This document shows positions 50,928 through 62,881 of a DNA stretch of 64,000 nt, piece after piece. This stretch comes from an uncultured delta proteobacterium (GTDB lineage: Bacteria > Myxococcota_A > Polyangia > Polyangiales > Polyangiaceae). The stretch covers positions 236,948 through 300,947 of the forward strand of contig CAVSWE010000003.1 in NCBI GenBank assembly GCA_963731595.1, written 5' to 3'. Positions within the stretch are counted from its first letter, which is position 1. Each line of letters opens with the position of its first letter. Under the pieces are notes generated by a model that ran no database searches, was not told the DNA's origin, and saw only the letters and a program-made list of their open reading frames with translations. The position numbers were made by a program, and so were the translations under genes.

Positions 50928-52815
50928 GTGAGCCACCTGCTCAGCCTGATCGTCGCGCTGCCGCTCGCTGGATTCCTCGTCAACGGCCCTGGCGGGCAAC
51001 CGGCTCGGCAAACCATTCGTCTCGGCCGTCGGCTGCGGCCTGCCGATCCTGGCCTTCTTCGCAACCGTCCAGTGCTTGCTCGACCTGCAGGCCGGCGGCC
51101 GGGTCGCCACGGCTCGAGATCGCCTACACCTGGGCGATCATCGGCGACAGCCGCTTCGAGGTCGCGTTCTATTTCGATCGCCTGAGCGCGGTGATGGCGC
51201 TTATCGTCACCGGCGTGGGATCGCTCATTCACCTCTACTCGATCGGCTACATGAAGGACGACGCGAGCTACGCCCGCTACTTCTCGTACCTCAACCTGTT
51301 CCTGTTCTTCATGCTGCTGCTCGTGCTGGGCCGGTCGCTGCTGGTGGTGTTCATCGGCTGGGAAGGCGTCGGTCTTGCGTCGTATCTGTTGATCGGCTTC
51401 TGGTTCGAGGACCTCGACAAGGCCCGCGCCGGCAAGAAGGCGTTCATCACCAACCGCATCGGCGACGTCGGCTTTCTGCTCGGCATGTTCTTGCTCTTCG
51501 CGCCGCTCGGAACGCTGGACATGGACCGCATCGACGCGGCATTCGGCGGTGCACACGCTGCCCGCGGTGTCGGCGAGCCTGGTGGGCATCCTGCTGTTCA
51601 TCGGCGCAACGGGCAAGTCGGCGCAGATTCCGCTTTACGTCTGGCTGCCGGACGCCATGGCCGGCCCGACGCCCGTCTCGGCGCTCATCCATGCCGCGAC
51701 CATGGTGACCGCCGGCGTCTACCTGGTGGCGCGCATGTCCGGCATCTACATGCAGGCGCCCGAGGCCAGCGCGGTCATCGCCGCGATCGGCGCGCTCACC
51801 GCCTTCTTTGCGGCGACGATCGCTTTCGCCCAGACCGACATCAAGAAGGTGCTCGCCTACTCGACGATCTCGCAGCTCGGCTTCATGTTCGTGGCACTCG
51901 GGGTCGGCGCCTACAGCGTGGCGATCTTCCACCTCTACACCCACGCCTTCTTCAAGGCCTGCCTGTTCCTCGGCGCGGGCAGCGTGATCCACGCCCTCGG
52001 CGGCGAGCAGGATCTGCGCAAGATGGGCGGTCTCGCACGCCGGATTCCCGTGACCTTCGTGACCTTCGCCGTGGCCACCGCCGCCATCGCCGGCATCCCG
52101 CCGCTGGCCGGGTTCTTCTCCAAGGACGAGATCCTCTGGTACGCCTTCGCCAGCAGCCGCGGCGGCTCGCCGCTGCTCTTCGGCGTGGCCGCGACGACCG
52201 CGCTGCTGACCGCGTTCTACATGTTCCGGCTGCTGTGGCTCACTTTTTTCGGTCGCTCGCGGATGAGTCCGGAAACCGAGCGCCACGTGCACGAATCGCC
52301 GCCATCGATGACCGGGGTGCTGATCGTGCTGGCCGTGCTTTCGGCGATCGGAGGCTTCCTGGCGCTGCCGCAGTTTCTCGCGCCGCTGCTGCCGCTGCCC
52401 GAGATGGTGCCCGCGCTCGAGCCCTTCGAGACGCCGCTTGGTCGTCGCTATCGATCGCCCTCGCTCTGGCCGGACTCGCTGCGGCCGCGATCGTGTACGG
52501 AGGCGACGGTGCGCGCGGCCGAGGGCCTGCGCCGCCGTTTCCCGGGGCTGCACCGCGTCCTTTCCGGCAAGTACTTTGTCGACGAGGCCTACGACCGGTT
52601 GCTGGCACGGCCGCTGTACTGGATCTCCGATCGCGTGTTTTTCCGGCTCGGCGACCAAAAAATCCTCGACGGCTCGCTGCACGGCCTCGCTGCGCTCGGG
52701 CGGCGCACTGCCGGCCGGCCTGAGCCGCGTGCAGAACGGCAACCTGCACCGGTACGCGCTACTGGTACTCCTCGGGATCATCGCCGCGATCGCCTGGAGC
52801 GGGTACCATGGCTGA
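50928..52815 (+). CDS. nuoL: NADH-quinone oxidoreductase subunit L, several frame changes
   Basis: [20 protein letters not shown]..; [11 protein letters not shown]; [28 protein letters not shown]; [17 protein letters not shown]. Confidence 0.85.
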
Positions 52816-54426
52816 CGCCGGGCTGCTCAACGTTGTCCTGTACCTGCCGCTTGCCGGCATCGCGGCGATCATCGCGCTGCCGCCGAGGCAGGACGACCGC
52901 GTGCGTTGGACTGTCGCTCGCCGTGATGCTGCTGCAATTTGTCCTCGCCGCCTGGCTTTACACGCGCTTCGACGCCGCCACGGAAGGCCTGCAGTTCGAG
53001 ACGCGGCTGCCCTGGATCGCCGCCTGGGGCGTGTACTACCAGATCGGTCTCGACGGCTACAACGTGCTGCTGGTGCTGCTGACCGCATTCCTCGGGCCCG
53101 CTGGTCGTTGCCGGCGCATTCAGCGCCATCCAGAAGGACGTGAAGCTTTTCTACGCGATGGTCTTCGCTCTGCAGTTCGCGATGCTGGGCACGTTCCTCG
53201 CCCAGGACCTGTTCCTGTTCTACCTGTTCTGGGAGACGATGCTCATCCCGCTGTTTTTCATCATCGGCATCTGGGGCGGGGAGCGTCGCATCTACGCGAC
53301 GCTCAAGTTCGTGCTCTACACCGCCTTCGGCAGCATCCTGATGCTCGCCGCGGTGATCTATCTCGTCTATTCGCTCAATGCGACGACCGGCGTGACGTCC
53401 TTCGCCTTTGCCGATCTCTATCGATCCGAGCTTCCCCTGTCTGTCCAGACGTTGCTGCTCACCGCGTTCGCGCTGTCGTTCGCGATCAAGGTGCCCATCG
53501 TGCCGCTGCATACATGGCTGCCAGACGCGCACGTCGAGGCGCCGACCGCGGGCTCGGTGATCCTGGCCGGCGTTCTGCTGAAGATGGGGACCTACGGCTT
53601 CATGAAGCTTGCCTTTCCCCTGTTCCCCGACGCCACACGCCTGCTTGCGCCGGTATTCCAGACCCTCGCGGTCATCAGCATCCTCTACGGCGCCTGTCTC
53701 GCGCTGGTGCAGACCGACATCAAGAAGATCATCGCCTACTCGTCGATCAGTCATCTGGGCTACGTCATGCTGGGCCTCGTCAGCCTTGATCTGCTTGGCA
53801 TCCAAGGTGCGGTGGTACAGATGGTGAGCCACGGGCTGATCGCCGGCGGGCTCTTCCTCATGGTCGGCATGATCTACGAGCGCTGCCACACGCGTGAACT
53901 CGCCGCGTACGGTGGGCTGGCGAAGCTCCTGCCCCTGTACTCGGTTTTCTTCGCCCTGCTGACGCTCTCGGCGATCGGTCTGCCGACAACTTGCGGATTC
54001 ACCGGCGAGTTCCTGGTGCTCCTTGGCGCGTTCCGGGCGGCGTGGCCGCAGTACGTGCAGGGCGCGGGCTACCCGCTGCTGCTGAGCGCGAGCGCCGTCG
54101 CCGGCGTCGCACTCGGCGCGCTCTACATGCTGGGGTTTGCCCAGCGTTTCCTGTTCGGGGGCGCGAAGGCGCCGCATCAGCCGCTCCACGACCTCAACCT
54201 GCGGGAATACGCGATCCTCGGGGCAATTGTCGTGGCGGTCTTCGCACTGGGCCTTTTTCCGGACGAGCCGATGCGCAAGACCGAGCTCGCCGCAAGGCAG
54301 TACCAGCAGCTCGTCGCGGGGAGTCGAAGCGGCACCCGGATGGCGGCCCGCCTGGCGGCACACCCTGTCCCGCGTGACACGCGGCCACCCTCGCTCACCT
54401 CGGGCAACACCGGCAACGGACGATGA
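52808..54426 (+). CDS. nuoM: NADH-quinone oxidoreductase subunit M, 1-2 frame changes at the N-terminus
   Basis: [17 protein letters not shown]..; [21 protein letters not shown]; [30 protein letters not shown]. Confidence 0.85.
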
Positions 54427-55809
54427 ACTGGCAAGACGCACTCATGGCGATGCTCCCCGAGCACTTGTTGCTCGCCGGGATCGTGCTCCTGCTCGCGTTC
54501 GATAGCGCGGCGCGCCCGTCGCGGGACAGGCTTGCTGTGGCGTTGTGCGCCGTCGGCGGCGCGAGCGTCGCAGCGCTTCTGCAGGGCTTCACCGGCTTTG
54601 CCGCCGCGCCGTTTCCGGGGCAATACTCTGTGGGAGCGATCCCGTTGCTGGGGAAGGCCATCGTGCTGGTGCTCGCCGTTCCCGTGTTGCTGATCGCGCG
54701 CGACGAGTCTGGCGAGCGCGCATTTCCCGTGCTGTTCCTATCCTCCCTCTATGGCGCCTGCCTGCTGCTCTCGGCGGACAGTTTCCTTACCCTCTTGCTC
54801 GGGCTCGAGCTGCTGTCGCTGCCGGTGTATGCGCTGGTGCTGCTCGCCTTCCGGCGCCCGGAGAGCGCCGAGGGGGCCCTAAAGTACCTGGTGCTCGGCG
54901 GCACCGCGACGGCGACCTTGTTGATGGGCGTCGCCATGCTCTATGGCGGTAGCGGTTCGCTGGCGCTCTCCACGTTCACTCGGGCGCTGGACTCACACGA
55001 CACCATGGCCAATGTCGCGGTGGTGCTGGTCCTGGTGGCCTTCTTCCTCAAGGCAGCCATCGTCCCGTTCCACGCCTGGGCCCCGGACGCCTACGAAGGT
55101 GCCACGGTGCCGGTAACCGCGTACATGGCCACGATCGTCAAGGCTGCTGTGCTCCTCGCTGTCGTGCGCCTGTTTGGGACTGCCCCGGTGATCGCGGCCG
55201 CTGGCCGACCTGCTCGCGGTCCTGCCTCTGCTCTCGATTGTCTGGGGCAATCTGACAGCCATGCGACAGCAAAGCTTCCGCCGCATGATGGCCTACTCTT
55301 CCATTGCTCACGCCGGCTATCTCTTCTACGCGCTCTTGGGCGAGGGACCGGGCCGATTCCAGGCGGTCAGCTTCTACGTGCTCGCCTATGGGCTGATGAA
55401 CGTACTTGCCTTCGCCGCGCTGCCGCCCGACGCAAACGATGTGACGCGCGACCGCCTGGACAACCTTAGGGGCCTGTTCCAGCGCCAGCCTTTCGCCGCG
55501 CTGATGATCGCTATCGCCATGCTCTCGCTGGCCGGTATCCCGCCCTTCCCCGGATTCATCGCCAAGTTCCTCATCTTCAAGAACGTGATGGCGGCTGGGT
55601 ACACGCTGTATGCGGTCCTGGGCTTGATCGGCAGCTACCTCGGGATCTACTTCTATCTGCGCGTCATCCAATACCTGTTCATGAGCGCGGAGGCACCCGC
55701 GCCAGCGCGCCGCGCGCTTGGACGACTGGAAGTCGGTGCGAGCTTCATCTGCTTGCTGGCTGCGCTGCTGCTATCGGTGTTTCCGGGTTGGGTAATCGAT
55801 CAGTTGTAA
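54423..55809 (+). CDS. nuoN: NADH-quinone oxidoreductase subunit N, 1 frame change near 55200
   Basis: [23 protein letters not shown]..; PFHAWAPDAYEGA | ..MMAYSSIAHAGYLF..FPGWVIDQL. Confidence 0.85.
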
Positions 55810-57777
55810 GCGCGTCGGCAACGAGCTCGGCAATGTCGCGGGTGGCGATATCCGCTTCCCGGCCGAGCGCCTTCGCGCCGTCGAGCATCATGGTCGCGCA
55901 ATAAGGACAGGCCGTCGCGATCACGCTCGGCCGCTGCGGTAGCGCCTGCTCGACGCGGACGACGTTGATGCGACGGCCAATTCTCTCATCCATCCACATG
56001 CGCGCGCCGCCAGCGCCGCAGCACATCGACTTTTCTCGCCGCAGATCGAACTCAAGCGGCGCATCGCGCGTCAGCCGCGCGAGGATGGCGCGCGGCGCCT
56101 CGTACTCGCCGTTGTGCCGTGCGAGGTAACATGGCTCGTGGTAGATCACGCGCTCAAAGGCTGGGGCGACGCGGATGCGGCCGGCCGCCATCAGCCGTGC
56201 GATGAGCTGCGTGTGGTGCACCACTTCGTAGTCCCCGCCGAATTCAGGGTATTCATTCTTGAGTGTATTGAAGGCGTGCGGATCGCAGGTCACGATGCGC
56301 GTAACCCCCAATCCGTTCAAGGTCTCGACCAGGGCGCGGGCGAGCTGCTGGAAGAGCATCTCGTTACCCGCGCGGCGCACGCATTCCCCGGTCGAGGTCT
56401 CGCGCTGGCCGAGGATGCCGAAGCGGACCCCGGCATGGTCGAGAATTTTTGCGAACGCGATGGCGATGCGCTGCGCCCGCGGATCGAACGATTCGGCCGA
56501 GCCGACATAGAATAGATAGTCGAGGGCCTGCACATCCTCGGCCGTCTGCACGACGGGGATCCCGAGCCCGTTGGCCCAGTCGCCGCGCGTATCGGCTGGC
56601 AGTCCCCAGGGATTGCTCTGCACTTCGTAGGCGTCGAATACCGCCTTGAGCTCGTGCGGGAACGCGCCTTCCATCAGGACCTGGTGCTGGCGCATGCGAT
56701 AGAAGCGCGGCAGATGCTCTAGTTCAATCGGGCAGGCGGCCTCGCAGTAGCCGCAGGTCGTGCACGCCCAAAGCGTCTCCGGCGCGATCACTTCGCCCAC
56801 CAGAGCCGGCAGCGCCGTATCGTCACCGACGACAATTGCCTTGCGCTGCGCAAGCAGGTGACCCTTGAGGTTGTCGTAGACCCACTTCAGGGCGAGCGGC
56901 TTGCCGGTCAGGAAGGTCGGGCACGCGTCCTTGCAGCGCCCGCATTCGGTGCAGGTAAACGCATCGAGCCCGTCTTTCCAGCTCAGATCCCCCGCGGTGC
57001 GCACGCCGATCTTCATGTTGCTGGCGTCGTCTGCGCCCATGATCGCATCCAAGTCGAGCGTCGGCACGCGGTTGGCCGGCCCGCCGCGCCGGAAGAACAG
57101 TGCGGGCAGTGCGGTGACGATGTGGAAATGCTCGCCGACGGGCAGGATCACCAGGAAGGCGAGCACCGTCCCCATTTGCAGCCAATACAACCCCTCGTAT
57201 CCGGCGACGAGCCGGCCTGTGGTGCAGGCCCGATAGCATCCGAGCGACCGCGTCACCCGCGAAGGCAAACGCCCGCTCGTGCGCAATGTGCGCATCCGTC
57301 GATGCCAGCAGCGCAAAGCGGAAGCCATCGAACAGGAAATCGGTGACCATGATCGCCGCAATCAGCGACAGGATCAGCAATGCCTCGCGATTGCGCTCAA
57401 GCCGAGCGGGTTTCTGTACCAAGCGGCGCCAGAACGCATAACCGACCGCAGCGAGCACGGCGAGCTCGATCGCGTCTTTGAAGGTAGCAAACAGGCCTCC
57501 AGCGAGCCCCGGATAGACGAATGTCTCGTCGTAGCCGATCACGAGCAGCTGCACTTTGCGCACCAGCAGCGTCGTGAAACCGATGAAAATGACCGCGTGC
57601 ATCAGGCCCGGCTTCCATTCCCGCCTGACCATGCGCGACTGCAGGAAGCCGTTGACCGAGAACAGCCTGCAAGCGCGCCAGCGGCCGGTCCCAGCGCACT
57701 TCCGGCGCGAGCTTCACGACGATGGCGAGTTTGCGCCAGGCGAGCGCACAGAACCCCGCCAGCGCGACAGCGAGCAA
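55745..57777 (-). CDS. Membrane-anchored Fe-S oxidoreductase of the HdrD/GlpC/EtfD type (N-terminal TM domain, 2x[4Fe-4S], two CCG domains), frame changes
   Basis: TM-rich N-terminus (..HAVIFIGFTTLLV.., ..ILSLIAAIMVTDF..); CTECGRCKDACPT; CTTCGYCEAACPIE; CCGAGGARMW; ACPYCATMM; 3' end overlaps nuoN convergently, so the true stop is uncertain. Confidence 0.6.
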
Positions 57778-57934
57778 CAGCGTGATTGCGAAGCGGGTTC
57801 ACACCAGCGGTTGGCGCGATGGCAAGACCGTCAGCGGCGGGAAACGTGCGGCGGCCCAGCTGCACCGCTTCAGACAATGGGTGCCACGCTGCCTGACTGG
57901 GTGCCTAAGCCTGTCGTTTCGACTTGGGCGTGGG

Positions 57935-58411
57935 TCACGCCCCTGCCCGTGCCGCAATTGGCGAATACGCATCCATGAGTTGCAGGCGCGTCGCCTGCAG
58001 CCGCTCGGCCACGACGCCCAGCAGCCGTTGCATCAAGGTAAAGCCGAACAGCGTATCCTCCCGGCAGGCCGCCAGGAGCTCCGAGCCTTCGAACGCCAGC
58101 GCATCCACGCGCTCCAGCGTTCGTGCCTGCAAGTGCTTGCCACGGCCCAGCAACAACGCAGACCAGCCAAGTTCGTCGCCCGCGAACAACGTCTGCACGC
58201 GAAACGTGTGCCCCGGCGCGGCGATTTCGAGCGCTACCAGCCCGGTAATGATGAGGTAGAACTCCGAGCACTCGTCGCCCACATGGAACAGAATCTGATC
58301 CCGTTCGAAGCGTATCTCCTTGGCCAGCGTCGCGAGCTTTTCGACCTGCCAGGGCTCGAATTCCGCCACGAACGGATGGTGGCGGAGCATTGCCAGAATC
58401 GTCTCCCTCAT
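57935..58411 (-). CDS. Stand-alone cyclic-nucleotide-binding domain protein (second copy in the window)
   Basis: ..FERDQILFHVGDECSEFYLIITGLVALEI..GDELGWSALL.. Confidence 0.6.
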   Translation of the reverse strand: MRETILAMLRHHPFVAEFEPWQVEKLATLAKEIRFERDQILFHVGDECSEFYLIITGLVALEIAAPGHTFRVQTLFAGDELGWSALLLGRGKHLQARTLERVDALAFEGSELLAACREDTLFGFTLMQRLLGVVAERLQATRLQLMDAYSPIAARAGA

Positions 58412-58471
58412 CGTGTCTCACCTTGCGTGCACATTTTCCGGTCCGGGTTGCGCGGCCATTGGTGCCGGCTT

Positions 58472-60144
<1,673 letters not shown>

Positions 60145-60210
60145 GGCTCGTTCCTCCGGATCTCGCTCGCTTTGCCGGCCGTTGGCGTTGCCTGGGGAGC
60201 ATGCCGGTTG

Positions 60211-61840
60211 TCAATTGGTCTCGGGAACCATTTTGATCGCGCCACATGGACATTCGGAGACACATATCCCGCAGCCCTTGCAATAGTCGAAATTGAACTC
60301 GAATCGCTTGCCTGGTCCGAGTTTGATTACCGCGTTGTCCGGGACAGACCCCGTAACAGTTGTCGCACTCAAAACAATTGCCACAGGAGAGGCAGCGGCG
60401 CGCTTCAAATAACGCATTGTCTTCGTTGAGACCGCCCACGACCTCCTCAAAAGTGGAGGTGCGGCGGGCGAGCTCGAGCAATGGACGCATGGTCTTGGGC
60501 GCATCGCTGTAATACCAGGGGTTCAGCTTGTCGAAAGTAGCCAGCTCATGCTTGGCGGCCGGTTCGTAACTGCGACTGGAGAGCCAGGCGTTGATATGGC
60601 GTGCCGCCTTCTTGCCGTGACCGACCCCGACGGTGACCGTGCGTTCCGACGGGACCATGTCGCCACCGGCGAAAATTCCCGCGTAGCCGGTCATCATGTT
60701 GCGTCCGACTTGAACGGTGCCGTCTTTGATGGCGAGCCCTGGGACGCCATCGAGCAGCGAGAGATCCACGTCCTGCCCCAGCGCCAGCACCAGCGAGTCG
60801 GCCTCAAGGGTCTCGAATTCTCCGGTCGGCTGGGGGAAGCCGGTAGCGTCGAGCGCCATCTTTTCGACCGTCAACGTGCCCTCATCGGCCATGTTCTTGA
60901 TGGTCGACAGCCACTTGATCAACACGCCTTCCTGCAGCGCCTCTTCGATTTCAAAGTCGTGCGCGGGCATCTTCTCGCGGGTGCGCCGGTAGACGATGAT
61001 CGCTTCGGTCGCACCCAGCCGCTTGGCCGTACGCGCAACGTCGAGCGCGGTGTTGCCGCCGCCATACACCACGACGCGCCGGCCCAGCATTGGCTTTTCC
61101 TCACCCTCCATGCTGCGCAGCACCGATACGGCATCGAGCATGTGCGCGGCTTCGCCTGCCGGAATGTAGGCGCGCTTGGCGATATGCGCGCCCACGGCGA
61201 GGAACGCCGCGTCGAAGTGGCCGGCGTTCATCGTGTCGACGATGTTCGTGACCTTCGAGTTCAGTTGCAATTCGACACCCATGTCGAGGATGCGCTGCAC
61301 CTCGCCATCGAGCACGTCGCGCGGCAATCGGTACTTGGGAATCCCGAAGCGCATCATCCCGCCGGCAAGCGGGCCCGCCTCGACGATCTTGACGCCGTGA
61401 CCGAAGCGCCGCAGGTGATAGGCCGCGGACAATCCTGATGGTCCGGCGCCGACAATTAGCACGCGCTTGCCGCTCTCGGCTTTGGGCGGAGCGAACTTCC
61501 AGCCGCGCTTGAGGGCTTCGTCCCCGAGAAAGCGCTCGACCGAGTTGATGCCGACCGGCTCATCGAGCTGGCCGCGGTTGCACGAGCTCTCGCACGGGTG
61601 GTAGCAGACGCGACCCATGATTGCCGGTACCGGATTGTCCTCCGTCAGTACTCGCCACGCCGCTTCGTAGTCGCCGGACTCGGCGCGATAGAGCCAGCCC
61701 TGAATGTTTTCGCCGGCCGGGCACGCGTGGTTGCACGGGGGCAAGCGATCGACATACAGGGGCCGGTTGGTGCGCCACGCGCCCGTCTTGTTGGCAAGGC
61801 TCGAGCCTACATCGAGGGTGATTGCGTATGGCTTATCCAT
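60211..61840 (-). CDS. korC: KorC-like NAD(P)H-binding subunit (glutamate-synthase-small-subunit/GltD-like flavoprotein with N- and C-terminal Fe-S/ferredoxin modules) of a 2-oxoacid:acceptor oxidoreductase; 1 frame change near 60340
   Basis: [14 protein letters not shown]; [18 protein letters not shown]; [15 protein letters not shown]; [18 protein letters not shown], then in a shifted frame [21 protein letters not shown]. Confidence 0.7.
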
Positions 61841-61849
61841 GGACGATCC

Positions 61850-62881
61850 CTATGGCAGCAAGCCGAACTCGGCGATATTCCGATCGGCCATCTTCTGGAT
61901 CCGCGCGATGCGCTCGAGGTCAGGTTCCTTGCCGAACAGATGCGCGTAGCGTTTCTGCAGCTTGAGGTATTCGGTCACCGGAACCTTGTGCCGAATCGGG
62001 GTACTGGCCGTGACTGCGCCGTCCTGCGCCTCGAACAGCGGAAACAGGCCGGTCTCGACTGCCAGGCGCGCTAACTTGATCGTGTCCTCCGGCGCCGAGC
62101 CCCAACCGAGGGGACATGGCACGAAAATGTGAATGTAGCGTGCGCCGTGCATTCCCATCGCGTAACGCACCTTGCGCTCGAGGTCGCGCAGATTGGAAAC
62201 ACTCGCAGTCGCAACATAGGGAATGCCGTGCGCCATCGCGATGCGCGGCACGTTCTTGCCAGTGCCGAAGACGTTGCCAGGAGCGCGTCCCATCGCCGGG
62301 GTCGTGGCCGTACGCGCCGCCGGGGGCGTCGCGCTCGAGCGCTGCACGCCCGTGTTCATGTACGCCTCGTTGTCATAACAGATATAGAGCACGTCGTCGT
62401 TGCGTTCGAACATACCGGATAGACAGCCGAAACCAATGTCCGTCGTGCCGCCGTCGCCCCCCTGCGCGATCACGCGCACGTCGGTGCGGCCCAGCGCCCG
62501 CTGCGCCGCCGCGACGCCCGACGCAACCGCGGCCGCATTGCCGAACAACGAGTGGATCCAGGGAATCTGCCACGAAGTCTCGGGATACGGCGTGGAAAAT
62601 ACTTCCAGGCATCCCGTTGCGTTGACCGCGATCAGCTGCTTGCCCGTCGCCTCCATCGCTGCATCAATGGCATACCGCGCGCCCAGCGCTTCACCGCAGC
62701 CCTGGCAGGCGCGATGCCCCGAATTCAGGGAGTTCGTCCGATGCATGTCGGCCTGCACCGAGCGCGTGTCGTCCGCAAGAAGACGATTGCCGACGGTAAA
62801 GGTCCCGGTCTGATAGAACTTGATCTGCTGCTCTTGCTTTTGCACGACACTTCTCCTCGGTTCAGCCGATGCGCGACGCAA
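61850..62881 (-). CDS. korB: 2-oxoacid:ferredoxin/acceptor oxidoreductase beta subunit (TPP-binding, PorB/KorB type)
   Basis: ..NSLNSGHRACQGCGE..VIAQGGDGGTTDIGF..ICYDNEAYMNTG.. Confidence 0.8.
   Translation of the reverse strand: MRRASAEPRRSVVQKQEQQIKFYQTGTFTVGNRLLADDTRSVQADMHRTNSLNSGHRACQGCGEALGARYAIDAAMEATGKQLIAVNATGCLEVFSTPYPETSWQIPWIHSLFGNAAAVASGVAAAQRALGRTDVRVIAQGGDGGTTDIGFGCLSGMFERNDDVLYICYDNEAYMNTGVQRSSATPPAARTATTPAMGRAPGNVFGTGKNVPRIAMAHGIPYVATASVSNLRDLERKVRYAMGMHGARYIHIFVPCPLGWGSAPEDTIKLARLAVETGLFPLFEAQDGAVTASTPIRHKVPVTEYLKLQKRYAHLFGKEPDLERIARIQKMADRNIAEFGLLP

Noticed and set aside
50073-54441. Long minus-strand ORFs (50073..51110, 51447..52781, 52759..54441, 50783..51616) across the nuo operon
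   Set aside because: They lie antisense to highly conserved nuoJ-nuoM coding sequence; composition is Arg/Gly/Asp-rich nonsense, typical of high-GC shadow ORFs.
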